This document shows, one piece after another, positions 37,401-49,516 of a stretch of 64,000 nucleotides of DNA (position 1 is the stretch's first letter; every line of letters begins with the position of its first letter). A program made the translations under genes and the position numbers. Origin of the DNA: Macrostomum hystrix (taxonomy: Eukaryota; Animalia; Platyhelminthes); contig CATNEN010000033.1 in the NCBI GenBank assembly GCA_950097015.1, forward strand, positions 1,302,001 to 1,366,000. The letters are read 5' to 3'. The notes beneath the pieces were generated by a model. It ran no database searches. It was not told the origin of the DNA and was given only the letters and a program-made list of their open reading frames with translations.

Positions 37401-40400
37401 CTAGAGGATGGTAGCTCGGGTGTGATCTAGAGGATGGACTCTGGAGGGTTGGATATGTAGAATAGATCTTGTTTCGAATAGACTAAAGAAATTAGGATTA
37501 TTTAGATAGTTTTCTTCGGAATGGGATTTTTAGATTGAGATTAAAAAATCTATTTTTATACAAGCTAGTGCGTTTGTTCTAAAAAGGATTCTTTAGAATG
37601 GGATTCTTTGGAATGGGATTCTTTGGAATGGGATTCTTTGGAATGGGATTCTTTGGAATGGGATTCTTTGGAATGGGATTCTTTGGAATGGGATTCTTTG
37701 GAATGGGATTCTTTGGAATGGGATTCTTTGGAATGGGATTCTTTGGAATGGGATTCTTTGGAATGGGATTCTTTGGAATGGGATTCTTTAGAATGGGATT
37801 CTTTGGAATGGGATTCTTTGGAATGGGATTCTTTGGAATGGGATTCTTTGGAATGGGATTCTTTGGAATGGGATTCTTTGGAATGGGATTCTTTGGAATG
37901 GGATTCTTTGAAATGGGATTCTTTGGAATGGGATTCTTTGGAATGGGATTCTTCAGAATGGGATTCTTTGGAATGGGATTCTTTAGAATGGGATTCTTTA
38001 GAATGGGATTCTTTGGAATGGGATTCTTTAGAATGGGATTCTTTGGAATGAGATTCTTTAGAATGGGATTCTTTAGAATGGGATTCTATGGGATGGGATT
38101 CTTTAGAATGGGATTCTTTGGAATGGGATTCTTTAGAATGGGATTCTTTAGAGTGGGATTCTTTAGAATGGGATTCTTTAGAATAGGATTCTTTGGAATG
38201 GGATTCTTTAGAGTGGGATTCTTTGGAATGGGATTCTTTGGAATGGGATTCTTTAGAGTGGGATTCTTTGGAATGGGATTTTTTAGAATGGGATTCTTTA
38301 GAATGGGATTCTTTAGAATGGGATTCTTTAGAATGGGATTCTTTGGAATGGGATTCTTTGGAATGGGATTCTTTAGAATGGGATTCTTTAGAGTGGGATT
38401 ATTTGGAATGGGATTCTTTGGAATGGGATTCTTTAGAATGGGATTCTTTAGAATTGGATTCCTTGGAATGGGATTCTTTGGAATGGGATTCTTTAGAATG
38501 GGATTCTATAGAATGGGATTCTTTAGAGTGGGATTCTTTAGAATGGGATTCTTTGGAATGGGATTCTTTAGAATGGGATTCTTTAGAATGGGATTCTTTA
38601 GAATGGGATTCTTTAGAATGGGATTCTTTAGAATGGGATTCTTTAGAACGGGATTCTTTAGAATTGGATTCTTTAGAATGGGATTCTTTAGAATGGGATT
38701 CTTTGGAATGGGATTCTTTAGAATGGGATTCTTTGGAATGGGATTCTGTGGAATGGGATTCTTTGGAATAGGATTCTTTGGAATGGGATTCTTTAGAATG
38801 GAATTCTTTAGAGTGGGATTCTTTAGAATGGGATTCTTTGGAATGGGATTCTTTAGAATGGGATTCTTTAGAATGGACGAATCATTGCATTAATTCAAGG
38901 ATCGCAGATTTCTCCACCAATCACGTCGGTTCAATCGCAGTACGTGATGGGCAATGGGGGTTGAGAAGGAAAGCAGGCAGAAATATGACCAGATGAAAAG
39001 TCAGCCAGTCTTGATTCACAGCTGTGCTGTCCCGTTGCTGAGCCCACAGAGCCTCCAAGATGGTCAAACTAATTCGAAGCCGATGTTCCAACTTTCTCCA
39101 TATTTTCTTCTCGTGGAGTTCGCATCTTCTACTGCGCTGAAAGAAGTCTGCTGGTCTTTTATTTCAGTCACGCAAGCCCCGTCACGACTCACTCGCCTGA
39201 GAAAGACTTATTCTTTTATGAGCGTTTGTTATTCCCGCAAGTCTAGCCTTTCAAATTCACTCAGAAACTGCGGGTGTTCGGACAGAATAAGCTGGGATAA
39301 AAATGTCCTGCTAAGCCAGCTCGACTGTGATTTGATCCCCCTTTTTGGCACAACTGTTGACAGAGAAATCTTCGGAAAAGTAAGGAGACACTCGTTTAGT
39401 ATCGATTTTATCAAAGTGAGCAGGAAGTGATGTTGAAACTGCTCAGAAGCGCTCAGATTTTGTGACAGAGCTCGCAAAGAGATACACAGCTTAATCCATT
39501 TGAAATATAAGCCTAGACCTTTAAGACACTGCCAATTTCCTGTTCTGTAACTGATCAGAGTGGCATGATCTTCTGAAAGATGACTCTGGATTAAATGCCG
39601 ATTAAGCGAAGAATTTCCCTTGTAGATTAGATTTCATGGGAAGTGTTTCGATCAAGTCTGCGTGGGCGACTGGCAGTAGTTTTGGGAGAGGTGTCTGCTA
39701 GCAGTGTTGCGTTGGTTGTCCTTTTTGCGCTGTCCATAGCAAACACGGCACTAAGTATAACAGGGCAGTAAGCCGCTAAGTGTTGTTGACCAGTTCAGGT
39801 TTTAAGTCTGAGCTCAGGCCTCGAGCAAAGTGCTCGTGTTGAGTCTGGCGTTCAAGAAGCTGCGGGGAATGGCGCAAAGCCAGAGAAGCAGGAGCAGCCG
39901 TCCGGGTCGTTACATTTTGCGATTCCTAGAAAATAAATGAGGTCTGCTGGCGATTCCCGCGGGAGCCGGACAGACCTCGACTCGGGCAGCTGGCAGAGCC
40001 TGCCCGACCTACTGCGCCACGCGGTCTAGAGCAAAGAGCAGAAGCCACAGAAAGCGGCAAGTGAGGACGGGAACTTGGAAATCAGTTAAGGCGTGTGAGT
40101 GAGGGAATCGAATCACTGCTGCACGGCGACCCGGCAGCCTGCACTTCACTCAATAAATTTAGAGCCCCTTTAAATGGCATTTTAAAAGGAGAAATTCTTT
40201 TAAGATAAAATTTTCGAAGTTGAATTCAGCATTTCGGCCTCGGTTTTTTAGTTACCAGTTTGGATAAGCTCTTGGTTGCCAATCACCCCCTCACCTTTCC
40301 ATCATCAACGCGCATGGCGTCAACGACTCGCCAGAGCTGCTCCTGGCCAGCGCTGCCGGTCTGGCGCTTGAGCTGGAAGCTCCGGCAGATCGGGTTGCTG

Positions 40401-40444
40401 CCGCCAGCTCCGGGGTCGCCCTGAGCAGCAGCTGATGAGCGCAT
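19481..40444 (-). CDS. SCYL2: SCY1-like protein 2 family pseudokinase + HEAT repeats (core 14 exons)
   Basis: In-phase GT-AG exons: 40295-40444 (ATG; NPICRSF..LWRVVDA), 29458-29618 (ECSVFIFDKK...RFKHPKLLQIWHPVEEC), 28703-28802 (DSLAFATEPVWGSLANFL), 28572-28613, 28275-28415 (IHGNLNLGSVLITKRGCWKLSGLGF, no HRD/DFG), 25608-25823 (PDLDFMAP), 24691-24807, 24411-24542, 23125-23304, 21302-21424, 21114-21227, 20838-20970, 20460-20685, 19481-19692. Motifs match recalled SCYL2 family sequences. Confidence 0.92.
20155..20360 (+). mobile_element. Diverged copy of SINE family B (CORE-like)
   Basis: B-box-like GTGTTCGAATTC, CTTCAGTCACTCAGCTGTAAATTGG core remnant, and CCCCAGTCAACGGACTGAGCAGC...AATAGCTGCGGCTG as in the 7435 copy. 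Confidence 0.7.
27499..28260. repeat. 31-bp intronic minisatellite (TACTGAACCATGGCTGGTGAGTGTCTGTCTG), ~24 copies
   Basis: Direct periodicity; starts ~14 nt after the donor of SCYL2 exon 28275-28415. Confidence 0.97.
28865..29401. repeat. 29-bp intronic minisatellite (GAGTGACGATTCTAAATGGGGATCTGGGA), ~18 copies
   Basis: Direct periodicity; fills most of the 655-nt intron between exons 29458 and 28802. Confidence 0.97.
30795..31796. repeat. 24-bp minisatellite (CTGGCTACAGCTCCTGCTGCGATT), ~41 copies, with a ~175-bp higher-order duplication
   Basis: Direct periodicity; a variant block recurs at 31161 and 31336. Confidence 0.96.
32358..34515. repeat. Degenerate (GAGAAT/GAGGAT/GAT)n purine-rich microsatellite, ~2.15 kb
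   Basis: Built from GAG/AAT/GAT modules; a ~371-bp internal duplication is marked by GAGGACGATAAT at ~32744 and ~33115. Confidence 0.96.
35006..35700. repeat. ~15-bp G-rich minisatellite (GAGAGATGGGGATCT)
   Basis: Direct periodicity with variable G-run length. Confidence 0.95.
36356..37436. repeat. ~26-bp minisatellite (GGGGTGTGATCTAGAGGATGGTAGCT), ~41 copies
   Basis: Direct periodicity. Confidence 0.96.
37588..38875. repeat. 15-bp minisatellite (GAATGGGATTCTTT[G/A]), ~85 copies
   Basis: Direct periodicity; the 431-aa MGFFG ORF is a repeat artefact. Confidence 0.97.
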
Positions 40445-41756
40445 CGGCTTGCGGTTGCTAGAAGATCAGAGAGAGAATGAGCTGGTCAGGCTTTCAACAG
40501 TGAAGACCAGAGCGATCATTCCCATAAATGCTTCTCGCCGCTTTGTGTGGTCACTTTAGCACCGGATTGACGAATCAGAATTTGGAGCCTCAGCGACAGA
40601 AGGCGAACCTTTGCCAAAGAGGTTAACCAAGGGGAGAAATTTATCGCCTCGCTGTAAAGTCCTATCTGCGCGTTTCCTTCCCGAATGGGGCGGCGAGCGG
40701 AGGGAGGCGGGTGGCAGTCCGTGGATTTTTGCCGTCCGATAGCGTCGAGAAAGTCCTCGGCGAGGAGCTGACAGGAATGGGAGCAGGGAAGGCCGATAGG
40801 CAAGGGAGAGCGTGATCAACTTTAGCCAATGACAGACCGCACGGGTCCTGAACCCCTCTATCTGTTTCATCTGAGAGCATTGCGGCTGCATCTGATTCAG
40901 TCTTTCTCATTTTTGCATTTTCGGGAGTGAATTGTTTTTTTATAAGCCCAATGTGTCTATCTGTATCTGGCGCTCAGTCTGAATGCTTCTCTGACTGTGT
41001 ACAGTCTCCCACTTCCAACTGGGTCTCTAAGAAGTATTCTAGAAGCAGCACTAAAATTCTACTAATCTCGAGGAAGCGAATTTCCGTTTTGAAGTTCTGT
41101 GTTTTACAACTGCGGGCAGATTTGCTCCGCTGAATGGACTTCAAACTAAAGCACTAAAAAGCGACAGGAGTATTGGATCAGCCGGATGAGCGCTGGTTTT
41201 TTTAGGTATCGCAAGAATGATTTAATTAAAACCAAGTCCAACCCAGCCACATCCCGTAGTCGCTGCTGAGACTTATTGATCATAAAACGTAGCAGATAGT
41301 CACTGACTGAAATTATATATTGATAGCGGCTCATAAAATGAAATCTTTTTTTAAGCAGCCACTTTCGAAAGATGATTTCGCCAAGCCAACAGTTATTGAT
41401 CAGCTTCCGGTTTCGAAGCGCAAGAAAAAAGTAACAGCATTAGTGAAACTGATGACACACGCTTACTACTCACTTGGCAATTTTTAGTAGTTTATTAGAG
41501 ACAGTAAAATACTTGCGGAAGCCTGAAGAGGTGTGCAAAAACTAGCAGTCTTTCAAATTCGATTATCTACCATCAGTAGCTATTTAAACTTCTATCACCG
41601 CTGTCCGACCCATTATATTTATGGTAGAAGAGATTTAGTAACGAATCGATAGAGAGGCCCTGATCCATATGCCGGTTTTCATGGATCATGGTGTTTTTTC
41701 GATTCTAGCGCTTTTTTTAATTGGTTAGTTGAACCTCTCAGTCACTGGGTCATTGG

Positions 41757-43785
41757 TCACTGTGAGCCAAGTAAAAATTCGGGCTGTGGCATGACGCTGC
41801 AGACGTAGTCCTTTAGAGACTGCAGATGGTTCAGCAGCTTGGCAGAAGCTGGGTCCTGCTGGCTCGCCCTCAGCTGGGAGATGCGGTGACTCAGGTGGTC
41901 CAAGGGCGTCTTCCTGCACCGGTCCTTGGCCAGAAGGCCAATCAGGTCCGAGTGAGGCTTTTGATTGGCCACACGCCTTATGAACCCGTGGACCATATTG
42001 ACCGATTCTACTGAGTCCAAGCACTTAAAAAAGGCGTAGTGGAAGTGGTTTGTTCGTTCCTCTGCACCGCAGCACAGCTGAGTGGGCGCAGCGTCGTAGT
42101 CCAGAAGGAGTGAAATCAGATCAACTCGGCGCATCTTCAGGCTCAGCGACAGAGGCGTCTGGAAAAAGAGAAGCGTCAAAATTGCTTGACTTTGATAGGT
42201 AGTCGCTTCCAATGCTTCAGCTTTAGTCATTTCGTGTGCGACAAAAGACATTTGAAAGATAAATTTCCGAAGCAATACTGCTGACTGCCTCTTGAGTGTC
42301 TGACGCAGGGTGGAGTAGGTACGCAGGGTGGATGCGTTGAGTAGGTACGCTGCGCTGCTGTGTTGAGTACGTGCGTTGGGTGCGTCAGGTAAGCAAAATA
42401 AAATATTTTCTGGCTGCAGTTAGAAGGACATTATGACATTCGAAATGTCTTGAAATTGACACGGAGTAAAAGGCCGCTGTACTGGCTCATGTGACAAGGT
42501 CTTGTAGTTAACGAGTATTCCTATGTCCCATTTGTCCACAAGTGGAATTATCATAGAAACTAGGAAACTTACATGACCGTACATGTTGACAAGGTTAATC
42601 ACTGGAGTCAACTTTTTCTGGCCCCTCAGGTTGCTGAGAATGAAGTCCACTTGTTCTTTTGTTTGGTTTTGCAGGACAGCATTGTGGATGTGCCTGCGGT
42701 GAAATTCACACAAACGCTAAACAGTGGCATGTGATATCTAAACTCTATGATAAAATGCGCTAAATTTGGTAGTACGTGCGAGATATATTTAGACTGTCCG
42801 TTGGAAACATTGATGATAATATGCCTGACTTTAAATTTATACGAGCTCGTATATGACATTGCTGAACAACTAGTGCAGCTATTTTATTCGAACAGGATTT
42901 TATAGGCATAGTTTATTTTCAGGAGTTTTAGTAAATCTTTAGTTAGCTGTGGCCCATTGCAGCTTAAACCTGACCATTTAACCAGAGCGAAGTCCAGTAG
43001 TGCGAAATTGTTGTAATCTAGGTGTGTTTTCTAGATCTCACGGAAGCACATTTTCAATTTTATTTTTGTGACACACTTCGATCCATTTTAGCAGACAATG
43101 GAAACTCGAGCAAAGTTAATGGTACTCACGAATTCAAGTTCTCATCAACATGGAGAGCTTGTGGATTGAGCTTCTTAATTAATGCGCGGCGCGTTTCACC
43201 AGACAGGACCCCTAAAGCTTGTTTTCCCGGCGATGCCGAGAAAGTTGCGGCAGCGGCAGCTCCTGCACTGATCGACGGCGAAGGCAGCGGTTGTGACGGC
43301 GGAGTCGGTTGAGACGGTGTTGAAATAACCGTGTGTTGCACCGGGATTAAAACGTCCGCCCTGCTTCCCGGTAGTTGGTAGCTGGTAGGTGTGGCGAAAT
43401 CGGACTGTCCTTCATTCAACAGTTCCAGTATGTCAAAGCAGTCCAATTGCTCGTCCATTTCCCTCGGCTGTTGTAGTTGTTGCTGCTGCTGCATCATGAC
43501 ACCTCCATCCCATTGGTGAATCGGTGATTGCATACTTTCGGCTATGACTGGGCTGCAAAGATAGTTCGGCTGCGCCATCAGCTGCGCAGACGTGATGGCT
43601 GGCATTGGGCCAGGCGGCGGCGCTGTCTGCCTCAGCCGATCTTCAGATTTGTTCTTTGGCGGGGATCGCTTTGGCCCCTTCGAGACGATTTCTGCGCCAC
43701 CCACTGCTGTGGCGTCTCCGTCATGAGAAATGCTCGCCTCTCTCATTCCAGACTCCAGTTGCCGCACCGTGTTTTCGTTATTCAT
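41757..43785 (-). CDS. Ankyrin-repeat protein with Q/P/S-rich N-terminus (IkB-like layout), paralog 1
   Basis: In-phase exons 43130-43785, 42573-42693, 41757-42158. Splicing creates DENLNSHIHNAV, INLVNMYGH|TPLSLSLKMRRVDLISLLLDYDAAP and DRCRKTPLD ankyrin-type motifs. Exon structure is identical to paralog 2. Confidence 0.82.
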
Positions 43786-44225
43786 GGCAAGGTACGCGTC
43801 TGCAAGCGAATCTTTAGTGCGATCTTGTGCCCTAACACTAATTGTTTCCTAGGTCGCGGTGTAGTTATGCTTTTAACTGGTCGCGGACCGCTGACTGGGT
43901 ATTGGGGGTAGTGAGGTAGAATTTATAGAGAGAAGAAGCCCGACCAGGCGTACATTGCTTGCACACCTGTTCGAGATGCTGTGTTTTGTCAAATCTAAGT
44001 GTGCATTTTTTACCGGTGGTCGTTTCTGTCGATCTCACTCTACTCTCTACTCCGTAGCTTTGCACGACTGCGGGTTTTTTACAACATCCGCACATCTGCC
44101 CTGCTCTCACACAATTCACAGCAGCCGATGTACGCTGTGCATGTAGCGCTCGAGTCGTTTTTTAGTTTTACGAGCTTCATAACTCGTAACATCCGGAATG
44201 CTGAGAATAAGGGGCACATTTTATT

Positions 44226-44485
44226 CCTGTTCTGTTTCCGTGAGAATTGTTCGCCTATGATTAACAAAAGTGATGTCAATATAAATGGTTTGAAATAATT
44301 TTCTGCATTGCCACCTGTTCTGTTTCCGTGAGAATTGTTCGCCTATGATTAACAAAAGTGATGTCAATATAAATGGTTTGAAATAATTTTCTGCATTGCC
44401 ACCTGTTCTGTTTCCGTGAGAATTGTTCGCCTATGATTAACAAAAGTGATGTCAATATAAATGGTTTGAAATAATTTTCTGCATT
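44226..44485. repeat. 88-bp perfect tandem triplication upstream of ankyrin paralog 1
   Basis: Units start at 44226, 44314 and 44402 and are identical. Confidence 0.95.
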
Positions 44486-45982
44486 CTCCTATTTTTTGCT
44501 GTTGAATTTACACTGGGCGACTATGCGACTATGGACACATGGATTTGTGCATCTCTTTAGGAACCGGATCGCTTGATGCGGATGTTGAAAAGTACCAGTA
44601 CATCTCATTGCGAAGTTAAAGGTGAGCTTCTGTATACATTTTCAAAATCCTGCAATACCGATTGCATTGTCTTCCTGTCAGTAAATTTTATTATTTCTGG
44701 TCAAGAAAAATCGTTCATACGAGCACGTGGTATTTAAAGAATTAGTAGAATAATTCTTGCCCAAACGAGACATTATCATTGATAGATAATTTTTAACTGT
44801 TAATAAATTGAATGGCATCTGGCTTCTTTCAGCTCAGATGGCAGGCTATAGTGATGCCTTAGCATGTGCAATAATATGTTATCGCTATCAATAACTGTAT
44901 TCAACACAAACAATTTGTCAACTGCAAACCCGTCTAATGAGGGAAAAATTTCAGATACCAGGGAAAGGTGTCATTTAAAATTAATGGTGAGAACTTGCTT
45001 AATTGTACTTGTACGGCGTGGCCTACTTATGAATATCGCATTTTGCGGTGTAGTTGGAACAGCTGGCTTTTAAATTGGACACTGAGCTTTCTGCGGTGCC
45101 AAGAAGCGACTGCTGTCTATGGCCAACTCGAAAATACACCTGCGGGCTTTTGAAATTTGAAGCAGGCAGACATTTAGACACAAAGGGGTAGGTTGTCATC
45201 AGCCTACGCATGTTAAAACGAGGTTGAAACTAACGGCAGCCCGCCCTCTGCTGTTGTATATGGTCGAATTCGATAGATATGCACAGCGGGCGGGCCGTGA
45301 AATGCGTCGACGTTTCACCCCATTTCAGCCCTCTGCTGCCTATCAATATTTGTATAATATGCTGATCCCATGCTGATGTTATCCTGATGTATGTCACTGC
45401 AACTCATTGATTCGTTAGGGAAAAAAATTAAAACAGTTTTACTGGCAACCGAGCAGAACGAGCATGTAAAATTTTGCGCAGCTGTTGCAAGGTGACCAAC
45501 GGATTCTCTTCCGTTGCAGAACGGAAGAGAACGGATTCTCTTCAGCTAGCAGAAAGTCTTTCATCGTTTCGGTGGGCTTTCGGTTCTTACTCCACCCCTG
45601 GGCAGTGCTTAGCGTCTCCCTTCCAAATCAAAAGCGTGGTAGATGTTGTACACGGAGAAATATTGCCTAGCGTTCGAGAAATATTGCGCCATGCAGACAC
45701 TGCCAACGGGGCGGACTTTGTTCGCACGCTGTCTCTGCGGCGCGCCATCTGACGCTGCCTCCCTGACTTTTGGGGCCTGCGTCCTTTGTTGTTCTTGTTG
45801 TTGTTGAGAAATATCGCCCACTGGCTCACCTCTTTGCCAAGCTTGGAAAACGATGTCTCTTTTTTTCTCGCGTTATTTTCGCGTAGGTCTGTTATTATCC
45901 ACTTCCATGTCTCGATAACAGAAAATGGTGACACTTTTGGGCAGAGAAATTTACAAGCCTGTTTGAGTTTATTTGATTTAAC

Positions 45983-48900
45983 CATGGATGAATAATATAA
46001 CTGGATCGCCAGAAGCTCGATTTTTTTGGTCCTAGCCATAGACAAGCACCAGCATCACAAGAAGCTCAGAATGCCGTACTTTCACACATAGACAAATTGC
46101 CGCTGCAGAAACCTTTATTTATGAAATATTCCATTTTATGTCCAAGCACATGCTCGCAATATATGCAGGGCGGCAAAAGATGGCTTCGCGAGATGAATAA
46201 GGACGTCAGAATTTGTGCTGCAATCGGATGCCTATCCAAAAGTGGACAAGGCACGAAACCTGTCACCCTTTTTTCTTATCCAATCGGTGATCCGTATCGA
46301 CTAGCGCAGTGGAACAGCAATGTGCAAGCAAAGCCACATTTCAAATTCGGAGCTCGTAAGTTCCTTTGTGAGCTGCACTTCGAGCAGCGAGACATGCAGG
46401 CTCATGGGAGGAGCAAGCGACTGATGACTGGCGCAGTTCCGAAGCTTGAGTGGACTAAGCTTGAACCGCAAGAGCTCACTGACTTCCACGATCCAAACTC
46501 TTATGCAAACGAAGCTACTGGAGACTGTGAGTTTGAGATGCCGATGCCTGTCAGTTGCAGCGCGGCAACCACACGCACATCAGTCGACCCACCACCAAAC
46601 ACCCGACAGCGCCTGTTGATGCGGCTGAAGCACAAGAAGCGCACGATTAAGACTTTTGGTCCACGCGTTGCAAAATGGAAAAGTACCGAAGCGACCTTAA
46701 AACATGTAAAGCAAATGTTGACTTCTGAAGGTCTCAAGCTGTTTTCTTTACAACCACGAAATACCGCAGGTGGTTTCAATAACCACGTCAAAGACTTCGC
46801 CGAGAGGATCAACTTCTGCTCTCCAAAAGCATATCGAGAGTTGAGAAAATTCATGCACCTCCCTTCGCCGTCAACCTTGCGGTCTTGGATTGGAGCAGTG
46901 GATGGCAGGCCTGGCATTTCCATTGCTGGAGTCAAGAAGGTTGGAGCCCTATCGAAACAGATCTTCGATGGCGTCGCTTGCAACGACTGGACTCTAGTCA
47001 TTGATGGCATGCATCTTCGAAAGGAGTTGTGTTGGGAAGCTAGCGAAGGAAGAGTGGTCGGCTATTGTGACTCAGGGATCCATGAAAATTTAGGTCACAA
47101 ACTTGCTTCTGAGGCAATCGTTGTCATGGCCTGCCATCTTCAGCGCCCGTGGAAAGTGCCAGTTGCCTACATTTTGGCCGCTGCAACATCCCCGGTTCAA
47201 CAAGTGGAGCTTTTGACGCGTACTATTAGCGCAATGAACGATGAGGGCGTCGTTGTACGCGCGCTCGTGTCGGACGGTTGCTCTGCGAACCTTGCGACGT
47301 ACAGGAAACTTGGAGCTGAGCTGCCGTCTAGTCCTTATTTCCAAATCGGTTCGCAACCAGATCGCATATTCGCATTCATTGACAACAGTCATTTGATAAA
47401 GTTGGTGCGCAATTCGCTGGCCGATTTGGGAGTATTCGTTGTTCACGATCGCATCATCAACTGGCACTATCTGGAACTATTGCACAATCTGCAAGAAGCT
47501 GAGGGGGTTCGAATCGGAAATCGGCTGACAAAGAAATGCATTGAATTGTGGCAGCGACACAAGATGAAGGTCTGCTTGGCTGCACAGACAATCAGTTCGT
47601 CCGTCGCTGACGCTCTCACATTCCTAAAGGAGCTTGGAGTTTCGGATTTCCAAAATTGTGATGAAACGGTCCGCTTTATTGCATTGATGGACCATCTGTT
47701 CGACATCTTCAACTCGAGGTGAGCCGGTATATTTAACCAAAATAGCATAAAGACGCGCAATCATGGCCTTTAAATTTGCATCCGTTTTTTGCAGGACTCC
47801 GTCGGCGTCAGGCTGGAAAGGTCCCATTTGGAAGTCGCAAGCAAGCCTTTCGACCACATTCGCGTTTCTCGATGAGGCGCGCGACTACATTCGCAGCCTC
47901 TACACGATTAATGGCGTACCGCTGATTGAGAGTCGGCGAAAAACATGGGCTGTAGGATATTGCAACAATATCACAGCCCTGAAGCTGTTACTTCAGGACA
48001 TTTTCTATCAGCCGTCTGCTTGCTTTAAGTACCTCCTGACGTACCGTTTATGCCAAGACCCGCTGGAACACTTCTTTGGTGAGATTCGTCAGAGAGGTGG
48101 TTTTAATAACAATCCGAACGTTCAGCAGTTCAGGTACGCTTATCGGGCGATTTTGGCGCACAGGACTGGATCTGTCGGGCACTGGTCCCTCTCGACACAG
48201 ATTTCACCTCCGCCTGGACTCTCCACCTCTGCTTCTGCCAGTGTACAAGATGAAATCGAGGATCCACCGCAATTAGCACTCAGCCTCATTAGCCAGAATG
48301 TCGGCTGCTACATCGCTGGATTCATTGGCAGATGGCTTACAAACAGACTGTCTTGCGAAAACTGCAAGGCATCTCTTCATTGCGAGATGCACACCAACCT
48401 GCTTACTACTCTCAAAGATCGCGGTCGTCTTTTTCGACCATCAGCATCACTTTGCCGACTGGCGAACATTTGCGAGTCGGCTGTGAAAGGAGTCAGAACT
48501 GACGAACTGTCTCTAGACATACTCGATCGTCTACTTCCAATCTGCATCCAACAGGGTATCGAGTTGTCACTCTTCGCTCACGTTTGCAGCAATAGAGCAC
48601 CCGAAGAAAACCATCAATATTTTCTAGTGCAGGCGATTTCTAAGAAATATCTTTGCATTCGGTTGCGGCATGTACTTCGGAGGCTTAACGCTGTGAACAC
48701 AACAACTGTGCGTCAGATGCTAACAAAAAAAATTATTTTCATGGGTCAGTGACTTCAAATTAGCATTGTGCGGGTGACGCCTTGAATTTATTGTCTTTAC
48801 TTGACTCTCCTTTGTCTTGCGCGGTTTGCTTGCAACTCATTTGGCTGTTTGTTTTCGCCTTTTATTGTTTGTTTGTTTGCTGTCTGTCTACGTGCTTGTT

Positions 48901-49160
48901 TGCTTACTTGCCTGCTTTCGTGTCTGTTTTGTATTAATTCCCTTACATATTCGTTTTCTTCTTTGCTTGCCTTCACATTTGCAATAGTTTCACTTATCCT
49001 ACTAAGTATACTTATAAATAAAGGTTTGCAGCTTCTGCAGCGGCAATTTGTCTATGTGTGAAAGTACGGCATTCTGAGCTTCTTGTGATGCTGGTGCTTG
49101 TCTATGGCTAGGACCAAAAAAATCGAGCTTCTGGCGATCCAGTTATATTATTCATCCATG
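45983..49160 (+). mobile_element. Apparently intact P-superfamily (THAP9-like) DNA transposon, 3178 bp
   Basis: 128-bp perfect TIRs starting CATGGATGAATAATATAAC (45983-46110 / 49033-49160); 8-bp TSD GATTTAAC at 45975-45982 and 49161-49168; uninterrupted spliced transposase. Confidence 0.95.
46193..48752 (+). CDS. P-element/THAP9-type transposase, ~827 aa, 2 exons (46193-47718, 47795-48752)
   Basis: THAP C2CH (CAAIGC...FSYP...W...LCELHF...AVP), LVIDGMHLRK, LVSDG, DNSHLIKLVRN and QDPLEHFFGEIRQRGGFNNNP motifs. A 76-nt GTGAGC...TTTTGCAG intron joins FNSR|TPSASGWKGP in frame. The start codon is uncertain (upstream ATG at 46163). Confidence 0.93.
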
Positions 49161-49516
49161 GATTTAACCATGGACAATTATCATTAACTTTTGCGGGCAT
49201 AGCGATGATTTTTCAGGGCGTCAATGAGAACACTTTTGCCTTGAATATATCTATGGTATTTTTTATTTTAAATAGCAAATAACGATGAAACATAGAAACA
49301 TACGAATTCAAACAGCGGTCCAGCAGTTTTTTTCTCACACGCATGAAATAAACAACCAGTTAGTAAAAGTTTGTCTTATTCGCAGTTCATTATCGAAACT
49401 ATCAGACTGCAAGTAAACTAGTCCTTCAGGCCGTGGATCTCGAACTTACAATTTTGAAATGTTCCGGAAAAATTCACACTGATCGATGGACCTTGCGAAG
49501 GCGACTCAGCTTGTCC

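Noticed and set aside
37598-38893. 431-aa MGFFG/MGFFR repeat protein
   Set aside because: 15-bp minisatellite with substitutions spread over all codon positions, no signal peptide and no basic cleavage sites, unlike the true prohormone at 14237.
46097-47722. Premature stop splitting the P transposase into two ORFs (pseudogene)
   Set aside because: The TGA lies within a canonical 76-nt intron donor (AG|GTGAGC); splicing restores the frame.
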